Of a DNA stretch of 64,000 bases, positions 1 to 10,810 are shown piece by piece. Origin of the DNA: Callorhinchus milii (Eukaryota); contig NW_024704743.1 in NCBI RefSeq assembly GCF_018977255.1, positions 93,312,001 to 93,376,000 of the forward strand, in the 5' to 3' direction. The translations under genes were made by a program, and so were the position numbers. The notes beneath the pieces were generated by a model. It searched no databases and had not been told where the DNA came from. It saw only the letters and a program-made list of their open reading frames with translations. Position 1 is the first letter of the stretch, and every line of letters starts with the position of its first letter.

Positions 1-487
1 GTACTGTTTTGAGGAAAGAGGAGGTCAGAGAGGTAGGGGAATGCAGAGGAGGGCAGGGACTCGAATACTAGGGTAAGGATCTTGAAATCGATCTTCTCTG
101 GGATCGGCAGCTAGTGCAGTCTGGCAAGGACTGGGGTGATCGGGGAGTGGAGTATCATGCGGGTGAGAATGCGGGCGGCAGAGTTTTGAATGATTTGGAT
201 TTTATGGATTGTAGTGGATGAGAGACCGGCGAGGAGGGCGTTAGAAGAGTCCAGCCGAGAGGTGACAAAGGTATGGACCAGGGTTTCAGTGTTTTTTGTG
301 GAGACGTATTGGCGGAGATGGGCGATGCATTGGAGGTGGAAGAAAGCAGTGCTGGTGAGGAACCGGATGTGTGGGAGGAAGGAATAATTGGGGGTCGAAC
401 CTGACGCCTAGGTTGCGTATGGGTTCGGAGAGTTTTAGAGGGAGGTTGGGTAGGTGGAAGAGGTGAGAGCTGTGAGATTTTAGAGAC
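1..487 (-). mobile_element. L2 LINE ORF2 C-terminal fragment (subfamily A), runs off window edge
   Basis: Colinear with 32641-33120; ORF 286-495 reads LKLSEPIRNLGVRFDPQL, a typical L2 post-RT motif. Confidence 0.9.
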
Positions 488-961
488 CTTAGCATAGGAT
501 GAGTAAACTGGTTTATTGTGTGATAGGAGTTAACATTTTATTTTTTTATTTGTCAGACTCGTATAAGAAATGTATTTTGCAATCCAGTAAAGGGAAAGCC
601 AGACTTGACTGAAAATTCTCATGTGATGCTCAAATGGTAATGCAATGTTAACCTATCAGGGGTTAAGGGCTCTGGAGGCTTTATTTGCCCTGCCGCAGTC
701 CTTCCTGGTTTGATCCACTTTTACTATATATTTGGTGTTATGATGTATGAACTGAAGATGTTAGCTTTAGACTGCCAACAGTAACAAACAACAGCAACAA
801 ACAATATTTATATACAGTATGATTGGTAGCAATGGAACACTTTCTGTACTTTCTACATTGACCAGCTGGAAAATCCTTATTATTTCAGCTAGTAGAGCAA
901 CTATTGGAAATCTACAACAGAGAACGGAAATGAAATTACAAATACATGTGAAAGTATGTCA

Positions 962-1007
962 GACTGATTCAGTTGGTAGCACTTTCACTTCTCAGAGTGT
1001 GGGTTCT
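962..1007 (+). mobile_element. Decayed tRNA-like head of an old SacSINE1-like DeuSINE
   Basis: TCAGTTGGTAGCACTTTCACTTCT...GTGGGTTC resembles the heads at 59115 and 11455. Confidence 0.5.
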
Positions 1008-1341
1008 ATAATAATAATAATAATAATAATCCTTGCATTTGATATAGCGCTTTTCACGTCGGGAGGACGTCCCAAAGCGCTTCACAGAACACACTGTAAA
1101 GTGAATTGACTGTATATTTGTGGGCGAACGTGGCAGCCAATTGCGCACAGCAATGTCCCACAAACAGTCGTAGAGTGAAAATGACCAATTTAATTATTGT
1201 TTTTGTTTTTTTGGAAGGATTATTATTAGGCGTGTGGAGTAAGGAAACTTGCCCAAGGTTTCGCCCTGACCTGCCTGGAATTGAACTCAGGTCTCTCACT
1301 TGCAAAGCGAGTGCTCTAACCACTGAGCTACAGAACTCCAC
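1008..1341 (-). mobile_element. Young full-length tRNA-Ala SINE (short form; Deu-domain 3' half, L2-type tail)
   Basis: Minus strand GTGGAGTTCTGTAGCTCAGTGGTTAGAGC (A box), TTTGCAA loop, GTTCAATTCC (B box), Deu core GTGGGACATTGCTGTGCGCAATTGGCTGCC, hairpin, (ATT)n tail. Confidence 0.95.
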
Positions 1342-1895
1342 GATCTAGCGAGGCAGGGCACGTTAAACAGGCCGAAGCCCACTGAGTGGAGGGAGTGAGC
1401 AGGATGGTAGGAGTTTAGGAGGTCGCAGAGGAAGGGGGGAGCAAGATCGTGGAGGGCTTTGATGGTGAGGACCAAGATCTTGAACTGTATCTTCTGTGTA
1501 ATGGAGTGGAGTTGGCCTAAGTCGAGGGTGATAGGGTCACGGAGCCAAGTGTGGGAGAGGACACTGGCTGCAGAGTTCTGGATAATCTGCAGCCTGTGGA
1601 GGAAGGAGTTGGGGAGAACGACAAGCAATGAGTTTACATAATCAAGCCTCAATGTAATGAATGCGTGTATGAGGGTTTCGGCGGCCTGCGGTGTGAGACA
1701 CTGACGGAGCTGGGCGACTTGCGGAGATGGGGGAAGGCAGAACAGGTCATGGCACAGATGTGGGGTGGAAAGGATATTTGAAGGTCAAACAAGGCCCCCA
1801 AGGTTGCGGACTGGCTTAGCAAGGTGGAGTGTGCAACCATGGATGGTGATGCTGTCAGCGCCTGAGATGAGGAGGCGCTGACGGGAGCCAATCAG
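1342..1895 (-). mobile_element. L2 LINE ORF2 C-terminal fragment (subfamily B), 3' end missing
   Basis: ORF 1296-1652 RLDYVNSLL...RLQIIQNSAA...IQFKILVLTIKALHDLAP; homologous to 12690-13050. Confidence 0.9.
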
Positions 1896-2062
1896 ATTAA
1901 TGAAATTAATCATTCACTTCATTATTGTTTGTGTGACATTGCTGTGTGCAAATTGCCTTTGTGCTCACCTATAAAATTTACAGTCATTGCATTTTATTGT
2001 GAGTGCTTTGAGATGTTTTGAAGATGTGATGAGGTGCTATATCAAATTCAAGAATTATTGTT
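1896..2062 (+). mobile_element. Old DeuSINE 3' half
   Basis: Deu core GACATTGCTGTGTGCAAATTG followed by decayed hairpin and tail. Confidence 0.8.
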
Positions 2063-2320
2063 AGAAAAGTGCTCTGGTATTGTTGGGAGAATTTTGCTGA
2101 TGAAAAATTATTCTGTTGATTAATTCCAGAAAAGCTCCAAGGAAATCTAATGCAGTTACACCTCCTTTGTCAGAAACTTAATTGGCTGCTAATCACATTG
2201 ACACTTTGAGTTATCTCTGGTAGATAGCAGAGAGTGGAAATCTGAAGCGTTTGTAAATTTCAGACGAAAAATACAGCATTTCCTACAAATACCAATACTG
2301 CATTGCAAAACCATTAATGG

Positions 2321-2500
2321 CAACAACAACAACAACAAGATTCCATTTATAAAGCGCCTTTCACGTCAGGAGAACGTCCCAAGGCGCTGCACAGTTGGGT
2401 CATGACCCGAGCAGGGGGGAAATGGTCAGGGTGAGGGAAGGGAAGGGAGGGAGCGAGGACGGGGAAGAGAGTCGAGAGGGGAGCTGAAGGCACGGTCAAA
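2321..2500 (-). mobile_element. L2 3' UTR with hairpin and (TTG)n tail
   Basis: Minus strand CAGCGCCTTGGGACGTTCTCCTGACGTGAAAGGCGCT followed by (TTG)n. Confidence 0.9.
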
Positions 2501-2964
2501 GGATCAAATCGAGTTCAATAGGCTTATATATTACTTGAGAAAATAAGTTAATGCTTTATTCGTATCAAACAAAAGCTTCAATTAAAATTGCTTACTTCTC
2601 TGCTAATGTGTACAATGAAGTTAGCACCTTTTGTGTTGAAATTTCATTGCAATTTCTTTTATTGGCCAAAAAGCTTTAAATTTGATTTCTGAAGACATTA
2701 TCAATTGTGCCTGATAACTGACTAGAAATAGTTCAACTCAAGGACTTAATCATTTCATTCTTTAAACCAACCAACTGTACTCAGATTCTTGTTATAGTCC
2801 ACACGAGTGTTCTTTATTGCTTAATTAATTATTTATCACTTAATTCATTTCTTGCCCATGGCACAGGTTCTTTAAACCTGCATAATACTCTCCATAATAC
2901 ACCATTCCAGATCAAAATCACTTGAATAGCTGGAGTTTCCCTAAATGATTTTATTCAATGAATA

Positions 2965-3180
2965 GCTGAGCCATCCGGATCAGGAAAATCCCATGTTTTG
3001 AAGCCTATTCTGTGCTGAATTAGGCAATCTTTATGGTTGATGGGATAAGCAATCTGAGTTCTGGAGGTGAAAATCAGGTTGGATTCAAATTCCTGCTGGT
3101 TATCCAGCAAACTCTGTTACATGAACGCAGGGTTCCTCTTTGATCATCATCTTTTGGACCAGTCAGCTATATTGTATAGT
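2965..3180 (+). mobile_element. Decayed MER131-like ancient repeat
   Basis: TCTGTGCTGAATTAG...AAAATCAG...TCCTG...TATCCAG motifs shared with five other loci; family name from memory. Confidence 0.5.
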
Positions 3181-4200
3181 GGGGTTTACAGTATGCTGAT
3201 CTTAAGCCTAGTTTAATTTCATGTGACACAGCAATAGTAATGTTAACTTTAACAATGTACAGTAGACCCCTATTATTGCGGACAGCATACTTAAAGCATA
3301 CTTCTCAAGGACACACATTTTCACAAAGGAACTTCACATTCATCCAACATTTGGTTGAAAAATAACTGATGTGAAATACGAGGGCTGAGTTCAATTAAAT
3401 TTATACACCCACATTTGCCAGAACAAAGTCAGACTATTTTCTGTGAAGCTGCACAAGGTGCTCACTGAATTAAGTATAAAACTGAATCACTTACTTGTCA
3501 CAGCAAATTTATGTTGAGACAAAGTTAATGAGATAAGAGATTTATCTGGTTTACTCCATGAATTGAATTGCACTCCAGACCTATAAATATTAATGTTAAT
3601 TCATTTCTGTTAAGACCAATTTCTGTTTAACCTGGATTTATATGATAATTACATTACCAAGATTCCATTTTATCCTTATCCTTTAATTAGTGAATCCTAG
3701 GTTTTCACTTGAAAATTTTTGATCATTTACAAAACAAGCAATATCATGACATCCCACAATTAATCGTAAGCTATTATTTAGGATATTTCTTTAAAAAACA
3801 GTGAAATATAGGCTTTGTTTTATTCTGTTTTACAACCTCCTTCCTTGATACATTAGTTGATGGTGATCAGTTTTAATTTGATTCTATTGATTAAGAAAAA
3901 AAAACACCTAAAAAACAACTTTTTGAAGCAACAGGCATGGTAGGAGATATGATAATTATCACTGATGGTGATTATTGCAAGGACACAAAAGTGAGCACTC
4001 ATTATATTCAAATCACACATGGCACTGACTCAATTAGAATGTTTAGAGTATAAGGGAATATATTTCAGAGAAGCTTTTGTCATATGCAATCAGTAATTCA
4101 GAATCAAAACAATGACCATTGGTTTGCAAACCTACCTTTGTATATCAGAACCTTATCCATAGAATCCTAGCCAAAGTGCTTAGGGATCACTTAAAGGATT

Positions 4201-4335
4201 TCACAAGATCACTAGAAACGTTTGATTGAAGAAGGCCCTTCAGCCCATTTGTTCTCAACCTTCTAGATTACCCACCCCACCGACTCCCCTTTATAGCACC
4301 AAATTGTTTCTTAAAGGAGTCCCAGCATCCTGGCC
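4201..4335 (-). mobile_element. CR1 3' end (TCTTGTGA-tail subfamily)
   Basis: TCACAAGATCAC start; homologous to 11651-11818 and, reversed, 52130-52225. Confidence 0.7.
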
Positions 4336-4339
4336 TAGT

Positions 4340-4930
4340 AACAACAACAAATTGCATTTATAAAGCACCTTTCACGTTGGGATGATGTCCCAAGGCACTG
4401 GACAGTCAAAGGTTTGCACCTAGGCTGGGGGTTGGAATCAAGAGGCATGCAGGCTAAAGGGGATGGGAGTGGGAGGATAACCAAAGCCACAGTCAAAAAG
4501 CAAGGACTTGAGATGGGCCTTGAAGGAAGCAAGGAAGGGGGCAAGGTGAAGGGATTCTGGAATAGAGTTCCATAGGGTGGAGGCACAAAGGCTGAAGGCC
4601 CGACCTCCGATGGTGCGGTAGCCAGCATGGGGGTCATGGACCAGTCTAGTGTCTGCTGAGTGGAGGGAGCAGACAGGTTGGTAAAGTGTTCGTAGATTGC
4701 AGAGGTAGGGAGGAGCAAGATAGACTACTTTGAAAGTGAGGGCGAGGATTTTAAACTCGATCCCTTGGGGGATGGGGAGCCAGTGGAGGCGGGTGAAGAC
4801 GAGTGGGTAATCAGCTTCGTGCAGGAGAAGACATGAGCTGCAGAGTTCTCAATAATCTGCAGCTTGTGGAGAGAATTGTTGGGAAGTCCAGCGAGCAGGG
4901 AGTTAGTGTAGTCAAGCTGAACGTGATGAA
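4340..4930 (-). mobile_element. L2 3' fragment with tail
   Basis: (CAA)n tail, hairpin, and L2 C-terminal coding similarity. Confidence 0.9.
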
Positions 4931-5491
4931 AGCTATCTATTTTGGCTGTTCATTACTCTCTGTGTTAATTTTATCCCTACTGATCTAAATAAACTAAATG
5001 AATGGTGTTCTGAAACATAAGTGTGCTTTACCCAACAAGGGGAAATGCTTGATCTCATCTCAGCTCGCACGCAGTATGTCCTTGTTTTCAGTTATTTTTT
5101 TCTCTATTGACCTTAAAGAGGATTTAGACTTTTCCACCAAGTAATGTGCAAAAGTTTAGATTTGGAGAGCAATTCCACAAATTGAAAACAATATGAGGAG
5201 TTAGGCGAATCCATTTATTAACTTGTCGTTGCCACTGAACCAAGAAAAAAGCTAAGTTACAGACAGGCCCTTCTTAAAGCAACAATTTGTGTCAACTCAA
5301 GCTGATTCGTGGAAACTCAATTCCACTGTTGTCACAGAATTATTTAGGAGGAAACCTTTTAACCCATTGCTTCTGTGCTGGTGCTAGTTCCCCCATCATG
5401 AGCTACATATGCTAAACTGGTTATGATTACCAACAATAATGGAAATTACCAAACAATCTTGTATGATCATATCTACACTAACTGCAAAGTT

Positions 5492-5790
5492 ACAACAAAA
5501 ACTTGCATATATTCAGCAGGGTAGCGTCCCGGAGCGCTTAATAGTGGCAGAGGTGACCGTAAGCGCGATCAAAAAGGAAGATCTTTAGGCGTGATTAGAA
5601 AGTGGAGAAGGATAGGGCAAGTCAGGGAGATTAGTGGCCAGAGTTCCAGAGCTTTGGGGTGTAGTGACTGAAAGCACGGCCGCGGATGGTGGAGCAGAGG
5701 GGGCAAAGGACAAAAAGGAGGCCGGAGCCGGCCCGAGGGGAAGCAGTGCGTGGTGGAGTGGGAGGTGAGCAAGTTGGAAAGGTAGAGAGT
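5492..5790 (-). mobile_element. L2 3' fragment, divergent subfamily
   Basis: Purine-rich L2 3' region with a tail related to the one at 32340. Confidence 0.7.
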
Positions 5791-6415
5791 TAGTTACAAT
5801 TCCAATACAATTCCATTTATAATTTACTCTTTATAAATCAATCTTACATTGTCTTATATGAAAAATCTTTTCACTCACTTCTTTTTCTATTGAATTACAG
5901 TTTTCGAAACAAATACAAGGTAATAAAAATAAACAGCCCTGCTGTCATCTCAGCAAAAAAGATGAAGGAAGGCCTGAACGTTTCAAGCCTTCTAATTTCC
6001 ACGGCAATGAATCAACATCAAAGAGCAAAAGGGACGAAGTAGGATGTGAATGCATTTGATGTCATTGAGTTAATGAGTAAATCACTTTAAGCGTGGGACC
6101 TTTTCACTGGCGTTCCCGTTTTTTTTCCCCCAAGTCTGTGTTCAGTGACCTTTAGATTTCTAGTATCTGGCAAGGAATCCTAGCTGTTTGACCAATTTCA
6201 AAAGAAAAGTGGTCAACAAAATTCAAATGAATTTGGGCAGATTGTGCAATGTGAAGTGTAGTATGCAGGGTGAGGCTGGGGCTGATTCAGAATGTTGTTT
6301 CAGTGAAAATCAAGCTTTGCCTTTTGCATTTGAGTCCAAATTAATCGTAATGTACTTTTCATAAGTTTACCAAGAAATGTTATGCTTGATCAGAATCATT
6401 ACAAACTGCTTACTT

Positions 6416-6723
6416 GTGGAGTCCTGTAGCTCAGTGGTTAGAGCACTCGCTTTGCAAGCGAGAGACCTGAGTTCAATTCCAAGCAGGGCGAAACCTTGGG
6501 CAAGTTTCCTTACCCCACACGCCTAATAATAATCCCTCTAAAACCAAAAACAATAATAAATTGGTCATTTTCAATCTACGACTGTTTGTGGGACATTGCT
6601 GTGCGTAATTGGCTGCCGCGTTCGCCCACAAATTCACTTTACAGTGTCTTCTGTGAAGCGCTTTGGGACATCCTCCCGACGTGAAAAGCGCTATATGAAA
6701 TGCAAGGATTATTATTATTATTA
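6416..6723 (+). mobile_element. Young full-length tRNA-Ala SINE (short form)
   Basis: A and B boxes, anticodon arm CTCGC-TTTGCAA-GCGAG, Deu core, hairpin at 6657-6692, (ATT)n. Confidence 0.95.
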
Positions 6724-6793
6724 CTCAAAAGTAATTCATTTACAATATTTTTCTCCAGGCCATGTAATTGCTTGCATTTCAAAATACTCAAAG

Positions 6794-6933
6794 TTTGTGG
6801 TACTTCATGTATCCATATTGGCTGCCATGTTCATCTATAAAAATACACAGTCACTACACATTGAATGTTGTGAAGAACTTTAAGATAATTCAATGACATG
6901 AAAGGTGCTATGCCAAATGCAAGGATTATTACT
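6794..6933 (+). mobile_element. Old DeuSINE 3' half
   Basis: ATTGGCTGCCATGTTC...AAATGCAAGGATTATT. Confidence 0.75.
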
Positions 6934-6967
6934 GTTATTTACTCTATGACACATTTTGACATTATAA

Positions 6968-7265
6968 ATAATAATAATAATCCTTGCATTTGATATGGCG
7001 CTTTTCACATCTTCTAGACGTCTCAAAGCGCTTCACAAAATATATTGCAAAGTGAATTGACTGTATATTTTGCGGGCGAAATGTGGCAGCCAATTTCACA
7101 CAGTAGTTGGGGGTTCAATGACCTAATTATTATTTTTTTCTTGAGGGATTATCATCAGGCGTGTGGAGTAAGGAAACTTGCCCAAGGTTTCGCCCTGCCA
7201 GGAATCAAACTCAGGTCTCTCGTTTGCGAGACAAGTGCTCTAACCACTGAGCTACAGGACTCCAC
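6968..7265 (-). mobile_element. tRNA-Ala(CGC) SINE, full length
   Basis: Minus strand head with CTCGCAA loop; hairpin loop TAGAA. Confidence 0.95.
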
Positions 7266-7289
7266 ATTATAGAGGCTATACATTCAGCA

Positions 7290-7386
7290 GCAAAGTACAC
7301 AAAGTCACACACTTTAAATATCCTGTGAAGTACTTTGAGACGTCTTGATGACATGATAAAGCGCTCTATAAAATGCAAGGATTATT
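7290..7386 (+). mobile_element. SINE 3' tail fragment
   Basis: CTTTGAGACGTCTTGATGACATGATAAAGCGC...AATGCAAGGATTATT. Confidence 0.8.
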
Positions 7387-8559
7387 TGTTACTATTACAT
7401 CAATTGCAAGGATAATTTTTATTATTTTATGATAACTTGCATTTATATAGAACCTTTCATATAAAATACATATCTTGAGGCTCTTTACAAATTGGATTAG
7501 ATTAAGAAATGAAAGCGAAAGTTGTTACACAGGCAAATAGTATTATTTTTATTAAATGCGGCATTCATTAATGGCCATAAAAATATTAAGAAGAATAGCC
7601 AATTTATTTGAATCTGGATCTTAATTTGGATTAGAAGTGAACATTAGGATAACTGGATAATAAAACAATATTTTTTAATTGTGAAATAGGGTTCTTTACA
7701 AGATAACTTACAAATACTAGGTAACATTTGCTCCAACTAAGTGGCAGACAACCAAATTCACACCAAACTATGGTGCAAAAGTAAGGGTGTGCCTACACCC
7801 CAAACCAATTGAAATATTTTAATTATTTTTCTAATTTACTGATCCACTGTTCAGTGCTTTTTATTTTCCCAGTTTATTAGAGCTCAACTTCTATCGTGAG
7901 CATGTCACCTTCTTTAATCTGTGATTTACAGGATGAATGCTTGAACCCACTAATTACTATAGTCACTGACATGATTTATTACTCATCTGTTAATGCTCCA
8001 TTACACAGTATTTCAGGGTCAATTGCTTTTGTAAATGAACTGAAATTTTATGAAAATCTGACTAACTTCTTTTACGATGTACCCAGCCATGAGAACGAGG
8101 CAAGGAAGTGTGTAAAATAAGCATTTACAGTCACTTGTATTGAACATTGAAAGGATAGTGCAAGAATCACAAACAAACTTCATATATAACAAATATACAT
8201 AACCTTAATCCACAAAACAATCACTGAACTTTACTTATATCCTGTGAAACACTTTGGGACACCCTCCCAAAGTGAAAAAAATATTATTAATATTATAGGT
8301 AGCAGTAAATGGAAGCATAGCAGCAAATAATATAACATTCTCAGCTCTGAAAATTGTGTCACTTAAAATATCAATGGCTAAGTGAGCCTTCATGGTTCAT
8401 TGAAAATTTTAGATTGTGAACAAGATATTCCTGATTTCAAAGCTCTTTTATCTAATGGGAAAAAAGACATTTCTTTGAAGGAAAAAGCTCTTGTAATGAT
8501 CGATAATGGTGCAGTTCTGTAGCATGAATATACGATAGCTAATGGTAGATGCAATAGGG

Positions 8560-8830
8560 AGTTTTAGAGTAACATCTTCACATATAGGGTGGTGAGAATT
8601 TGGAATTCACTGACGGAAGCTTTGGTTGAAGCAAATATCATCAATGTGTTTAAAATAATGATCCTTACATTTCATACAGCGCCTTATCATGTCTTCGAGA
8701 CGTCTCAAAGCATTCACAGAATATACTGTAAAGTGAATTGACTAAAGTGTATTTTTGTGGGCAAAACGCGGCATTGAGATAAAACTTAACGCATAAATGA
8801 GGGATGACATGTGGGAATAGAATGGGACAA
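8560..8830 (+). mobile_element. Old CR1 3' fragment interrupted by an antisense SINE tail (about 8655-8772)
   Basis: TTCACATATAGGGTGGTGAGAATTTGGAATTCACTG (FTxRVVxxWNSL motif); the insert matches the SINE 3' end. Confidence 0.7.
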
Positions 8831-9003
8831 TTGTCGGGAATGGGAGAGGTGGGAGAATATGCTTTATGCCTTCCCCGGACATAGACCACTCCAACAGGAA
8901 GCAGCATGACCAGCCCCGGAGGCCACTCAGTGTCGCCACAGACAACATGAGTCTGGATTTTTACAAGAAGGATGGGTGTGTACCGCAACTTCTGCTTGTC
9001 TCA

Positions 9004-9577
9004 CATGAGTAGGGAAGTCTTAATGCAGTTTTATAACACCTCGGTGAGACCGCACCCAGAATATTGTGAGCAGTTTTGTTCTCCTTATTTAAGAAAGGAC
9101 ATACTCGTCTTAGAGGGGATGCAGCGTAGATTCACTAGGTTGGTTCCTGAGATGAGGAGGTTGACCTATGAGGATAGGTTAGGTAAACTGGCCTATATTC
9201 TCTAGAATATAGAATTACAGGTGATCTTATAGAAACCTATAAGATTGTTAAGGGTCTTGAGAGGGTAGATGCTGTGAGACTGTTGGAGGATCTAAAACTA
9301 GGGGTCAGCCTTTTCGAACTGAGTTGAGGAAACATTTCTTCACTCAGAGGGTAGTGAATTTGGGGAATTCTTTACCCCAGAAGGCTGTGGATGCTCAGTT
9401 TTTCAATATATCCAAGACTGAGGTTGATAGATTTCTAAAGGATAGAGGGATTAAGGGATATGGGGATAGGGCAGGTAAATGGAATTAGATAAGAAGATCA
9501 GCCATGATCTTAAAAAATGGCGGAACAGGTTCGAGGGGCCGAATGGCCTACTCCTGGTTCTCTGTCTTATGGTCTCA
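9004..9577 (+). mobile_element. CR1 LINE 3' end
   Basis: ORF 8972-9205 VRPHPEYCEQFCSPYLRKDILVLEGMQRRFTRLVP; 3' UTR GGGGCCGAATGGCCTACTCC. Confidence 0.95.
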
Positions 9578-10042
9578 TCTCATTCCTGCAGCAGCTGCAA
9601 TTTGACAAATTAGATTGTTTTATAGTTTTTGCAAGAACTGGAGTGAAACAATGTACAAGGCAATGATGTTTGGGGGAACAAAAGTCAGACTTGGGGAGTA
9701 GAACTGAATACAAGTTTTTTAATTTTTGTTTTTAATGTAGCTCATGACACAAACAATCCTCTTGAGTTTGGTAACTGCTTGAATTAGCTGCTGGTGTTCC
9801 CATCCACAGTGTGCAATGTGGCTCCACAACAGCCCATGCTAACAGTGCACAAGCCTCCTCTACTGACCCTAATCCTGCTTATCTTGTTTCAGCTGCCAAT
9901 AACCTGTGCTTGTTTGTATGTGTGTGCACGTGTGAGCATGTGAATATTTGAGTGGATCTGTGAATGTGTCTAGGTGTGAGTATACGAGTTGAGCACTTCA
10001 ACACATCTTCCCAATCAGAAATATAAATTGTGTTCCATAATT

Positions 10043-10434
10043 GTAGCTATGAGTGCTTAGAGCATTCGTCTCAGAAGCGAGAAGACCTGGGTTCGATTCC
10101 TGGGCAGGGCAAAACATAGACAAGTTTCCTTACTCCACATGCCTCTGTTTACCCAGCAGTAAATAGGAACACGGTTGTTAGGCAGATAACAGGCCCCTTG
10201 TTAGGCCCCTTTTCCAGGGGTAATAATCCCGTCAACATTTAAAAAAAAAGTAATAATAATTTGGTCACTCAATCCACAACAGTTTGTGGGACACTGCTGT
10301 GTGCAATTGGCTGCCACGTTTGGCCCACAAAACATGCAATCAATTAACTTAATAGCATATTCCGTGAAGCGCTTTGAGAAGTCTTGAAGACGTGATAAGG
10401 CACTATATCAAATGCAAGCATTATTATTATTATT
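10043..10434 (+). mobile_element. tRNA-Ala SINE, long older form with extended CORE-like segment
   Basis: Extra segment CTCTGTTTACCCAGCAGTAAATAGG...CAGGGG absent from short-form copies. Confidence 0.9.
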
Positions 10435-10554
10435 AACAGTAGAACGGAGTAGTTGGGCTGAATAGCCTATTTCCATGTTGTACCAGTCTATGTAACTCTA
10501 AATTTTATATCAGTGTGCTGCCATCTTGGGTACAATAGTGAAGTCAAATCTGCA

Positions 10555-10810
10555 GTCTAAGTTGATACTCCAAAGCAGTGCCGAGGGTGTACTGCATCGG
10601 ATGAGATGATAAACTGAGTTCCTGTTTGCCTCTTCAGGTGGATGTTAAAGATCCCATGATAGTATTCAAAAGGAGAACAGAATTTATCCCAGTGTCCAGT
10701 ATCCAGACCAATCATCCTCCAGATAAGTTGGCCATTCACTCCATACTGTTTGTTGGACATTGCTGAGCACAAATCGGCTGATACATTTGTCCACAAACAC
10801 GTAGTCACCG
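10555..10810 (+). mobile_element. SacSINE1-like DeuSINE body
   Basis: CAGGTGGATGTTAAAGATCCCATG plus Deu core. Confidence 0.8.

Noticed and set aside
969..1163. Recurrent small ORFs ending in KRYIKCKDYYYY as a peptide family
   Set aside because: These are translations of the SINE 3' end and (ATT)n tail; frames and starts vary between copies.
3170..3285. Tigger/Tc1-like terminal repeat remnants (TACAGTAGACCCC; also about 16485-16533)
   Set aside because: Too short and not arranged as a matching inward-facing pair around an element.
6416..6490. tRNA-Ala gene
   Set aside because: The acceptor stem is not properly paired and the sequence continues into a SINE body and tail found in many copies.
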